DNA of 45,062 nt from Octopus bimaculoides (taxonomy: Eukaryota), in NCBI RefSeq assembly GCF_001194135.2, contig NC_068981.1, forward strand, positions 23,937,131-23,982,192, in the 5' to 3' direction. Shown here piece by piece: positions 1-12,505 of this stretch. A model generated the notes under the pieces. It saw only the letters and a list, made by a program, of their open reading frames with translations, was not told where the DNA came from and made no database searches. A program made the position numbers and the translations under genes. Each line of letters begins with the position of its first letter. The stretch's first letter is position 1.

Positions 1-195
1 TATATATATATTTGTACACTCTACCCTGGTTCATTGTTAGTGAGGCTCCCCCATAATACAACGCAAACACCGGTATGTGTAAATTATGTTTAAGAGAATC
101 ACTAACCATCCTTCACCACCACAAACTCCTCATCACTTAATACCCCCAGTCTCCCGTCTAATACAGCTAGCTCTCCACATTTAATCATTCCCTCT

Positions 196-578
196 TCGAA
201 CCTCTCTGCATTAAGATCTGAAATGTAAGATCTTCTCTAACCTGATGACGGAGGCTCATCGCATCCATACGACCGCATATTATGATGAACTAAATCTACC
301 AACATTATTATGGATCGCCAAGCCTCCAGAAACAGCGGTTGGACTTATAACACCTTTCTTTCTCCCTTTTACTTTTCGCTGTCGTCTGCACTGTGTGTAA
401 GTTGGACCTATTAATATAAATATCTATATATTTATACTTAAAAATTCATCATCTCAGAGTTTCCACCTTTTTGCTTTCCCATGTTTTTCATGTATACATA
501 TATACATATCTTGTATTTGATATATTCAATATATTTAAATATATTTGATGTATCTAATTTGTTTATTCGCATAATTGC
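196..578 (+). mobile_element. Dispersed repeat, probable Penelope-type pLTR, with degenerate hammerhead-like motif (copy 1)
   Basis: Aligns by eye to 27760-28160 (shared gatctgaaatgtaagatcttctct..cctgatgacg and ctattaatataaatat). CTGATGA at 242-248, stem ggaggct(250-256)/agcctcc(321-327), GAAAC at 329-333. Confidence 0.55.
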
Positions 579-652
<74 letters not shown>

Positions 653-713
653 TAGTATATGTGTGCGTGTATGTGTGTGTGTGTGTGCATGTGTGTGTGT
701 GTGTGTGTGTGTG
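577..713. repeat. (CT)n followed by (GT)n microsatellites
   Basis: Direct reading. Confidence 0.95.
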
Positions 714-785
714 ATACATATGTGTATTGTGTTTGTGTCTGTGCTTGTACTCTCCTTCCATTAACAATCAGTATTGTTATGTTTA

Positions 786-1022
786 GGAGGTGCAATGGCC
801 CAGTGGTTAGGGCAGCGGACTCACGGTCGGTGGATCGCGGTTTCGATTCCCAGACCGGGCGACGTGTGTATTTATTGAGCGAAAACCCCTAAAGCTCCAC
901 GAGGCTCCAGCAAGGGGTGGTGGCGACCCCTGTTGTACTCTTTCGCCCCAACTTTCTCTCAGCTGGGGGGAACAGAAACCGGGAAACCGGGCCCATGAGC
1001 CTGGCTAGGCTTTAAAAGGGCG
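786..1022 (+). mobile_element. tRNA-derived SINE
   Basis: A-box tggcccagtggtta and B-box gtttcgattccc. A partial related head lies at ~10690-10755. Confidence 0.8.
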
Positions 1023-1034
1023 AAAAAAAACTGA

Positions 1035-1200
1035 TATGCTTACGTCTTTGTAACTTAGCGGTTTCGCATAGAAACCGGTAGCATAAATAGAAGACTTAAA
1101 ACGAAATATATGCGCTGGGCTCGATTTGTTCGATAAAAACAATTCCGGACGATGCACCAGCATGATCACAGCCCCATGACTGTAACAAGCATAAAAAAAA
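1035..1200 (+). mobile_element. 3' half of the microsatellite-containing SINE family
   Basis: tacgtc..gtaacttagcggtt...tcgatttgttcga...gatgcaccagcatg...tgactg matches the 3' parts at 12350-12505 and 30590-30745. Confidence 0.7.
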
Positions 1201-1814
1201 AAGAAGATGAAAGAACATTTATATTTAAAGAACGTGAGGATTTTAGAAAGTCGTGCCTGCTATTCCTAACACATAATGTGACGGCGTAAAGACCCTCACG
1301 TGGTTGTTAATATTGCTGCTAATCGTGTAATACTTTCTGTTCCTATTATAATTCTAGTGACTATTTTTTTCATTTCCCCGGAAGGAAAACTTTTATACTA
1401 TGACTGTTATAGAAATAATTGCATACCGTAACATAGATGAAATCAATTTCTGCTGTCATGGACGACGAAATGAAATAACTAATAACAAAAATTGTTCCTC
1501 GGTGAAAACATATATAAAATTAAGTCTTACTTCTCTTATCTGACATTATAGTAATAGATTAAATAGGACACAAGTGCTCAGCGTCACATATACAAACGTG
1601 AATGTGTGTATGTGTGTGTATGTGTGTGTATGCACCTGTGTGAGTATATATTATTTAGCACACGCGCTCGCGTGTACATACACACGCACACACGCATACA
1701 CGAACACACGCACACATATTTATATATGCATAAGTAAATGCATATATGTGTGTAGATGTACATGCATGTATGTACACGTTCAAGTATATTTATGTCTGTA
1801 CGTACGTATGTATG

Positions 1815-1819
<5 letters not shown>

Positions 1820-1879
<60 letters not shown>

Positions 1880-1958
1880 CATGGTATTTTATGCTTTATA
1901 AAACCCTCATAAGTATTATATATGCACATACACAGTTCACACACATCCCTGCACAAAC

Positions 1959-1995
<37 letters not shown>

Positions 1996-2005
1996 TACAC
2001 ACACA
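1820..2005. repeat. (TA)n and (CA)n microsatellites
   Basis: Direct reading. Confidence 0.9.
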
Positions 2006-2398
2006 GAGAAATTTCTATTGATAATATTCAAACCACATACGGTAAACAAAGTGAATAAATAATAAATGGAAAAGAATATACATACATATAAATATATATA
2101 TATATATGTGTGTGTGTGGGGGGGTGGATGTGTATGTGTGTATATACATATAACATACATAACACCTTAACTTGAACTTTTATCGACCTGTGACTATTGA
2201 ATCTATTTATAGATCGCTTAAGCAATTTCCCAGATATTAACTGTTAACGTGAGGAGAGTAATTATCTACCATCTGCCACTCAGACTATCTCTTCTCTTTC
2301 TATTTCTCTATATTTCTGTATTCCTCATGCTATTCTATTAGCACTACACCCCCTCTAACCCTCCCCATTGACTCGTCCTCTTTCTGCTTCTCTTTCTC

Positions 2399-2401
<3 letters not shown>

Positions 2402-2467
<66 letters not shown>
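2402..2467. repeat. (CT)n microsatellite
   Basis: Direct reading. Confidence 0.95.
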
Positions 2468-2470
<3 letters not shown>

Positions 2471-2992
2471 GGTATTACATTTTGTCTGTTCTCGGCTGCT
2501 TATAACATGGTTCATGCGATTTTTGTTTGACGCTAATAGCTACGTTGTTTAATATAGTCCTGTTATATATAATAGGTTGGCAGGGTAATGTAGAAGACCC
2601 TCATTCATCTTGTTTGTTTGCTTGATTTTTTGTGTGTGCGTATGCGTGCAATTGTGCGTGCCTCTGTGTGTGTGTGTGTGCGTGTGTGTGTGCGTGTGTG
2701 TGTGATAGACAACACGTCACCTGGTTTTATTACTATCATCTCCCGCTTGGCCCATGGATACCTCCTGTGTAGTTCATTCAGTTACAAGAGTTCAAACCGC
2801 GCGAACAGAGCCAGGCTATTGATTGAGGTAGTACGGAACACCAACACTTTCTATTCTGACACAAGATGTCCACTAAAATACCTCCAAACTCGCTGGAAAT
2901 TCTGTTTCATATTTTTTATTTCCAAAGAGATGATGGGATGAGTATAAGTTAAATTCATACCTTCATCATATATTTATTATTACTTTATTAAA

Positions 2993-3212
2993 GGAGGCCG
3001 TGAGCTGGCAGAAACGTTAGCACGCCGAGCGAAGTGATTAGCGGTATTTTGTCAGTCTTTACGTTCTGAGTTCAAATTCCGCCCAAGGCGACTTTGCCTT
3101 TTATCCTTTCGGGGTCGATAAATTAAGTACCAGTTGCGTACTGAGGTCGATCTAATCGACTGCCCCTCCCCTAAAATTTCGGGTCTTGTGCCTAGAGTAG
3201 AAAAGATTATTA
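2993..3212 (+). mobile_element. tRNA-derived SINE (ggggtcgataaattaagtaccagttg family)
   Basis: Head gagctggcagaaacgttagc, B-box gagttcaaattcc, central cctttcggggtcgataaattaagtaccagttg. Further copies at 8806-9335 and 16838-17115. Confidence 0.85.
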
Positions 3213-3829
3213 CTTAATAAAAACATACCAGGCGCGACGGTCCGGTAGAACCAAAGAGGAAGGAAAAAAAGAACAAAGCTCATTTTTCAATATCCTTTTA
3301 GTGAGCTGAGTTTTTTTGTTTTTTTTAAGTGATATTTTTGTGTATGGTGATGAATGTTGATATACTGAAACGGTTATGCTGAAGATGCCTGACAGTCAGG
3401 ATGTCAAAGCAGAATCAACTGAAATTATTCGTATGACAGAGGAACTTCGTTTGCAGTCATGCTTCGTCGCTCACGACTACCAGCTTTTATTGTCTTTTTG
3501 TGTCTATAGCGTCTTGTCTCTTAGATTGTCTTTTCGGCATCAGTTTGCTGCTTACTGGACGGCTCACCAGATCGAGTTTGCTTAATATCACTGATTTTTG
3601 TTTGCCAATAACAAACTTGACTGGATAGGTTTGTGTTGATTCCATCACATCTGCGAGTTGTTTTGACCAGTTACCAAGAATGTCTACATGTTTACAAGGA
3701 AAAAGCCATTGGTCAGATTTTGGCTGGCGTCATTCAAAGAATCGAAAAAAAATAAATAAATAAAAGAATCCAGATTCAACTTGACGCAGACATCTGCTAC
3801 ATAAAATATCCATTTTTTTTCTTATGCAA

Positions 3830-5140
<1,311 letters not shown>

Positions 5141-5861
5141 GCGTTGATCTCAATGATCTTGAAGGATCTGCAAAGGCCATTAAACAACGCTACATCCTTC
5201 AGACCAAACTCCGAAAGAAAACAAAAGGAAACGAGCTTACATTGTAGAAAAAATATTACAAGTCATCCTGAGATTGTTTCAAAACACAATGAGGCAGTAA
5301 CAATATTGTTTTCCGATAACAACTTTAAACCAATACCGATTTCTAATATAAGCATACAAGTCAATTAGTTTGGAAGAGGAATATACCCGATTTAATTAAA
5401 CCCAGTTCTTGACTAATATTACATTGTCTGCTGCCAAACCGATCCTCTCTTCTCCAGTGTCTCTTAAAATAATGATTTCATACAATGGTGAGTGGTTTCA
5501 ATTTTTGTATTAGGAAACATTCCTGGATGTCTATCCAGACATATTGTTCACCTGGTTCCATTATCCAGCGTGTCGTTTCTTTTCAAGACGGAAGTGTGTG
5601 GTATGAAGAAAAGTTGGTTGTTATTACAATAAGCTCGAGAGATCATGTGGAATCTTCCAGGGTGGATCAAATTTCTGGAGTTTTCAAGTTGTATAGAATG
5701 AACCGTGAAAATAGCATCTGCTGTTTTTTTTTTTTTTTCTTTAAGAAAACCGATCCATTGAACAAGACAGTGACTGTTCGAACCTAGTTGTGACAAATAA
5801 ACGAACTGTCGATTCTTTATATACCAGTCAGCAATGTATGAATATGAAAGTGGTGGTGGGG

Positions 5862-6010
5862 AGGAATCTAGTGGTTAGTGTGCTCGGCTCGAGATCATAA
5901 GGTTGTAGGTTCAATTTATAGGCTGGAATTTAATGGCGATGGATTGTGTCCTTAAATAAAGCACTTTTCTTTCGCATTGATTCAGTCTGCCACGCAGCTG
6001 TAATGAGTAC
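5862..6010 (+). mobile_element. Degenerate tRNA/CORE-like SINE
   Basis: ctagtggttagtgtgctcggctc head, ggttcaat B-box, ttgtgtccttaaataaagcactt CORE-like segment. Confidence 0.55.
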
Positions 6011-6257
6011 TAGACTAGTGCTGGTTCAGCTCTGCCCACCTCACCATCTGTCACGCCTACAATGCTCCGCTGAATCAAGTGCGAGCGGGCTGAGAATTTA
6101 TTTACGTCTGCTCGAGACATCATCATCACGAACAACACCTGGATATTACCGTCTCGAATCCTAGGACACAGAGGGTAAGTTTCCATGGCGTTTATGTAAC
6201 AAAATCACAACATCCTCCTCAACGAGAATCCAGTTCGTCACAGGGTTACTCATTTTA

Positions 6258-6370
6258 GATTGGAGTAACATGAAATTGGAGTAACATGGATTGGAGTAAC
6301 ATGAAATTGGAGTAACATGGATTGGAGTAACATGAAATTGGAGTAACATGGATTGGAGTAACATGAAATT
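6258..6370. repeat. Minisatellite, 3.5 copies of a 31-bp dimer (gattggagtaacatg + aaattggagtaacatg)
   Basis: Seven subunits alternate strictly between 15 and 16 bp with no mismatches. Confidence 0.95.
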
Positions 6371-7154
6371 AGTGTTTTGTTCCAGATCACAACATTCCTC
6401 TCGTTTCGGGAATCGAAACAGCGACACATTAGCCTGTAGGTCACGCGCCTTCGGACGACAGGAGCATCTTCAGCAGGTAGTGAAAACGTGGTTCAATACT
6501 GCTAAGCCATATTCGCTCGTGAGTGACGGCTGGCTGTACTACAGTAAATATATGAATAGTGAGTCACATCAGTTAAGTTTACTACGTATGAAATTCCTAA
6601 CTTGCCGTTGGTCGAACCTTGTAAGAGATCAGTATTATAGCTGAAAGGATAAAATGTCTCTCAACGGCTTAACGCCATAAAAAAAAAAAACGGGATAAAA
6701 CTGCTGCACACGTTGCGACGTTTCTTCGTATTGGCGATAGAGAAATAAAAGGCACGAGGGAGGATGGATGACCAGGTTGAAGCCATATAGTGATAAAAGA
6801 TACAGAATTGAAAAAAAAAAAAAAAAAAGAAATGAAAGAAAAAAAATTGATGCAAATAGGCAAAGAAAATTAGAGAGAAAAAGAAAGGGAAACGTACAAA
6901 AAAGATGTATGAAAAAGGAAAGCTATTTGGACATCCATCAAGACAGACGAACAGTTGACAAACTGAGAGACAGATAGAGACAGACAGACAGCTAGGCACA
7001 CACATATACACACAATACACACACTCATGTGTAGATATGTATGTGCACGTGTGTGTGTGTGCTTCCATATATATATATACATATATACATACAAATACAT
7101 TCACACTCACGTGTGTGTGTATGCTTCTTAGTATAGTGGTATAGTGTATATGTG

Positions 7155-7196
<42 letters not shown>

Positions 7197-8805
7197 TACG
7201 TGCGTGTATGTATGTATGTATGTATGTATATAAAGGGGAAGAGGATAAACGAAAGAGAATGAAAAGGGAAAAATAAAAAGAAATTAGCATGATAGAACCG
7301 AGTAAAAAACCAGGCACTGACAATAAAGGAGGTTCGTTTCATGTTCGTTTCCACCCACCAACATCCACTAATATCCTGCTTGTCAAAAGCTTAATCCCTC
7401 CTATTACTCACATCAACCTTCTCAGATATACTTTTCACTTCAACTTCAGCAGCAGTCAAATAAATAGAGGGACAAAATAAATAGATAAATACATAGATAA
7501 GTACATAAATTAAAGAAGAAAAAGAAAGAAGGGGAAAAATGATTTCTATGGCCCTTCCCGGCTCTCTTTAATTCCCATTCTTACACAATGTGACTACGCA
7601 ACTGCCAACAACTTTGCTCTAATTCAATTCTGTAATTTATTCCAACATTACCAATCAACAGTTTCACCTCTTTCCAATCGTAATAATGCAAACAAACACC
7701 GACATCTTCTCGGCTAGTATTTTCTGTTACTGAGACTCTTAAATGAATTCTCACTCTTTGTTATTCTTGCTTTTGTCCTGTTAATAGCTATGCCTTCTCT
7801 TCTCCTGTTTCCACCAATTTGCATTTTCTTTTTCTTTAAGCTAACTGAGCGAAATTACCAAATAGTATTGTAACACTAACACAACACTGAAACTAAACAT
7901 GTGGTGGAATGCAAAACTATATCATTCCAATATACAAATTGCATTTTCTTATTTTCTATTTAGTATTTTATTGTATCGTCTAGTTTTCTCAGAATCAAAG
8001 CTGCTTTTTTTTTTTCGTATTAAAAGTTATATTAATCTCTTTTAAGTTAAGCAACATGTTTTGTATAGTTTTAAGGTGGCGTGTCTTGGAAGAAAGATAG
8101 TATTAGACTATCTTTGACGACGATTAACTCTTTCGAAACTATAGTCACTCTTCAAAACGTATTATGTTTTAACCCAGAAATTGTGATATGTCTCCAAGAT
8201 ATATTTTATAGTAAGGTTTCAAGTATACAAATTTTCATTTCAGTCTAATGATTTGTTAAATCTTTTCAATTAAATATGTAAAAATATTTTTTTGGCAGCT
8301 ATACTTGTGTCAAATTTCATCAGTCCAAGAGTAATTTAATGAAATCAACGTTCTTTTAAGAACTTCAGATCGCAGCTCACAGCTATATAGAACATGCTTC
8401 TTATATTTCAAGTGAGCAATCTAATTTTCAAGTAAAAAAAGAAAGTATAAGATCTTGAATACGAGAAAATTAGAGACGGCGAATGTTAACTTCCGTCTAC
8501 CTCCACCCAATAAACAATAAAGTGCATAAAATAAGAAAATAACTGCGTACTGAAGTTACATGCTATTCCGTTGTACTGTGTGAGGATAATGAAAGAGTGG
8601 ATGTTCATATCTTATCAATAGCACAAAGGATCGAATTCAACAAACACAAAGTTGTGCTATCGTTGTAGTCTATTTAGTCCCAAATTGACTATGATGGAGC
8701 AGAAGAATTATGACAAATAAACAGCCCATTCGTAACATTCCTATCTTTCATTCAGACATCGTGAATGAAGGACTACATTATCTAGTGTGACCTTGCTCTA
8801 GCGTT

Positions 8806-9227
8806 TGTGGTGAGCTAGTAGAAACTTTACTAAGCCTGACAAAATGCTTAGTGTTATTTTGACCACCTTTACGTTCTGAGTCCAAATTCTGCCAAGGTCA
8901 TCTTTGCTTTTTTTATTCTTTCGGGGTCGATAAAATAAGTACCAGTTGAACACTGGGGTCGATGTAATCGACTTAGCGCCTCCTGTGAAATTTCAGTCCT
9001 TGTGCCTATAGCAGAAAGGACTATTAAGGGCGGCGAGCTGGGAGAATCGTTAGCACACCGGGCAAAATGCTTAGCGGCATTTCATCTGTCTTCATGTTCT
9101 GAGTTCAAATTCCAGTTTTCATCTCTTTTGGTGTCGATAAAATAAGTATTAGTTGATGACTACTGGGGTCGATCTAATCGACGTACCCACTTGCCTGTTC
9201 ATTACTGGCCATATGCCAAAATTTGAA

Positions 9228-9276
<49 letters not shown>

Positions 9277-9335
9277 AGGCGGCTGGCAGAATCTTTAGCA
9301 CGAAATGCTCAACGGCATTTCTTCGGCATTTCCGA
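8806..9335 (+). mobile_element. Head-to-tail array of SINE copies (8806-9027, 9028-9228, partial 9277-9335) with (ACT)n at 9229-9275
   Basis: Three successive gagct(a/g)g..agaa..ttagc heads; two ggggtcgat..aatcgac cores. Confidence 0.8.
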
Positions 9336-10089
9336 TATCAGTACACGATGCCCAATATGTCTACTTAAGATGGTGAAGTGTGATTCGAGGAAGAGATTTG
9401 CATGTTGTTTCTAAAATTTTCAGTGTTAAGTCATCCATTGGAACGCTCTTAGAAGTGCCTGAGTTGGGAACACATCAGTAAGCGAAGGTTTGTCAGCCAG
9501 ACGGAATTCTTTTCTGTTGTTGTCTACAAAGCATGTGTGTGTCTACTAACCGCACTGAATGCATGATTAGTAAACGATTATGGACACAAGGAGCTTTATA
9601 AAGGGGACACAGTTACCTTTTATTTATATATGAATTCATTGAAAGCGGTAGGGCTGTATTCATCAGTTATCACAAGGCTTCTGAGATTTGACGAATGAAA
9701 GAAAGAGGTTATCCACTGATCAAAGTCCTACCCCGAATGCTCGCAACAGAGTGAACTCTGTTAAAGGCGCACAAGGGCCACATTGTGTCGTTAAGTCGGA
9801 TATTATCTCTTCTTTCTGACTGCTTTCCACACAGTTACCCTGTATGAAATTTCAGTCATAAACAAGATCGACCCAAATCTATATCCAAGGTGGTGTACAC
9901 TGGGATTGAGCCGAAATAGTTTCGAAGTGAGATTCCAAACCACACAGCCCATTTCTACAATTATTTGTTTTTGTTGCTGTCGTACATTTTCTTGCTTGTA
10001 TCAACTTGTAACATCTTCAAGAAAATCCCGTGGAAATGATGTTACTTACTTAACACGACTGTCTTTACGATTGTTTCTCCGTATGAGGG

Positions 10090-10320
10090 AAAACTGAGTA
10101 AGGAGAGACAACAGCAAAGTGTGAGTGAATTAATAAGGGGAGAAGTAAATGAATGAATGAGCGAGTAAGGGAATGAGTTAATCATGTAATGTATGAATAG
10201 TTCAGTAAGTGAATGTGACCGTAAATGAGTTAATGAATGTATTAGTGAATATGAGTGAGTGCATAAGCGAAAGAATTAGTAAATGAATAAATAAATGTGT
10301 AAATGAATATATCAATGCGA
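10090..10320. repeat. Degenerate (GAAT/GAGT)n low-complexity tract
   Basis: Direct reading. Confidence 0.7.
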
Positions 10321-11256
10321 GACTGGGTGGACGAAAGAAAGAGTTTTTGATGATATTGTTCCAATGAATAATTACAACCTTTTTAAAGAAAGAACATTTA
10401 ACTTAAAAGTTAGTGTCTAGCAAATTCGACACTCAGTCAGTGAGTCAGCCAATCTCTCCTGTTCTGACATCCCTTTTAGCCACAATACAGTGGTGCATAG
10501 AAGTAAATTTCTGGTTAACTCATCTCTTCTTAGACACAGCATCGAAAATATTCTTCATTATGCCAAGTATTTACAGACCATTTTAAACCAACAAACAGTT
10601 GACATATTTGCATTGGTTCATATTTGTAGGAAGAGTAGCATGGAAAGCAGTTCAAGATTGTTGCAGAAAATATTGAAGCCGCATGGATTTAGGGTTACAT
10701 TTTTAGACTCACGATTGTTGCAAGGTTGTACTTTCGATTCCCAGACCGGATGACGTCTTGTTTTTTTCCTTTTTCTTTTTAATTTTCATCAAAATATTTC
10801 ATTTCCTGTTGTTCCATTTTGCTCAGCTGAAAATGAGTACACCCCCACCCCCACCCCGCCGCGATAGGTAAAAATCCTCGAAGTAGAAACAGTACTGCAC
10901 TGTATATATTTTTTTATTATGTGTATATATTTATTTTATTATAAATGCAAAACAACACCACAGAGGAATCGACGTAAGCATAAATAACACTGGTCAACAA
11001 AANNNNNNNNNNNNNNNNNNNNNNNNNNNNNNNNNNNNNNNNNNNNNNNNNNNNNNNNNNNNNNNNNNNNNNNNNNNNNNNNNNNNNNNNNNNNNNNNNN
11101 NNNNNNNNNNNNNNNNNNNNNNNNNNNNNNNNNNNNNNNNNNNNNNNNNNNNNNNNNNNNNNNNNNNNNNNNNNNNNNNNNNNNNNNNNNNNNNNNNNNN
11201 NNNNNNNNNNNNNNNNNNNNNNNNNNNNNNNNNNNNNNNNNNNNNNNNNNNNNNNN

Positions 11257-11288
<32 letters not shown>

Positions 11289-11793
11289 GTGCACCTATTT
11301 GGCTTGTATTTGATCTTTGAAGGGTAACGTTTGTTCAACATTAAAGTATTTTGGGTTGTAAAAATGTAACCTAGCTTTGAAAACAATGACATTTGAGTTG
11401 TTATGGTTTAACCATAAAGTGCGGTCATTATGTGACTGTGAGATCTAGCATGTTTTATGAATAAATAATGTGAAGCAGCGAAAGAATGCTTGTTTTATAT
11501 GTTGTGAAATATTACATGCTTCCAGTAGAAAATATTTTCAAGTAATCTGTTTTTTTTTTCTTTGTAGTCATATGATGTGGTTTAACTCCAAGTTATTCTT
11601 GATCAAGGAAACCTATGAGGAAACCCATCTTTACTTCTGCACATTGTGCTTAATTCTAAAAGATTAAATTATCTAATTTGTAATTTCTATTTTTAAAATG
11701 ATAGCGTGCTGTATGAGGTTATTTGACTGGTATTTCTAGTAGGCTGAGTGACTACAAAGAGGCTTCTGGAAGTGGTAGGTGTTCAGTCTAAAG

Positions 11794-12100
11794 CAGTGTT
11801 TCTCAACCGGGGTCCACATGACTCCTGACGGTCCACATGACCCCATTTAGTATTTTGTGGGGTTCACACAAGCAAAATACTAAATTGGGGATCCACAGTA
11901 GTATATTAAGGGTCCATGAAGGAATTCCGCTTCAGATGTATTTATTGTAAGAAGCAGCTAGGTTTCTCTCTCTAATGTGTTACATAGTTCAACTTGCGCA
12001 AAGTAATGTGCTGAAAACAAAATAGGAATTTTAAAAGAAATATTTATAAAACTAGTTTTTAAAGATCAAATGGCTATGGGGGTCCAACAAACGGTTGAGT
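11794..12100. mobile_element. hAT/Charlie-type MITE; right end degraded or overlapped by a SINE
   Basis: Left TIR cagtgtttctcaaccgggg preceded by gtctaaag (Charlie-like NTCTARAN target). Right remnant gggtcc...ggttgag at ~12080-12100. Confidence 0.65.
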
Positions 12101-12281
12101 GACTGTGTAGTAAGAAGCTTGCTTCCCAACCACATGGTTCTAGTTTCAGTCCCACTGCGTGGCACCTTGAGCAAGTGTCTTCTACTATAGCACGGGCCTA
12201 CCAAAGCCGCGAGTGGATTTGGCAGACGCGAAACTGAAAGAAGCCTGCTATGTATGTATATATTTTTTTAAGTATATATTT

Positions 12282-12313
<32 letters not shown>

Positions 12314-12505
12314 TTGTACTCCCCTCCATCACTTGACAACCGATGTTAGTGTGTTTACGTCCCCGTAACTTAGCAAAAGAGACCGACAGGATAGGTACTA
12401 GGCATACAAAGAATAAGTCCCGTGGTCGATTTGTTCGATTAAAGGCGGTGCTCCAGCATGGCCGCACTCAAATGACTGAAACAAGTTATAGAATAAAAGA
12501 ATATA
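12097..12505 (+). mobile_element. Full SINE: tRNA head, CORE-like domain, internal microsatellite, LINE-like tail
   Basis: gtgtagtaagaagcttgcttcc head, ggcaccttgagcaagtgtctt CORE-like segment, (GT)n at ~12250-12312, tail ggtgctccagcatggcc...tgactgaaac. Confidence 0.85.

Noticed and set aside
786-870. Functional tRNA gene
   Set aside because: The A/B boxes continue into SINE body and there is no complete cloverleaf.
6258-6370. CRISPR-like array
   Set aside because: Contiguous tandem repeat with no unique spacers, in a eukaryotic context.
10487-10906. Tc1-like MITE bounded by tacagtg...cactgta
   Set aside because: Terminal match is only 7 bp; the arms do not align further.
5745-11680. Strong poly-pyrimidine acceptors at 5745 and 11567
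   Set aside because: No matching donor or recognisable peptide downstream.
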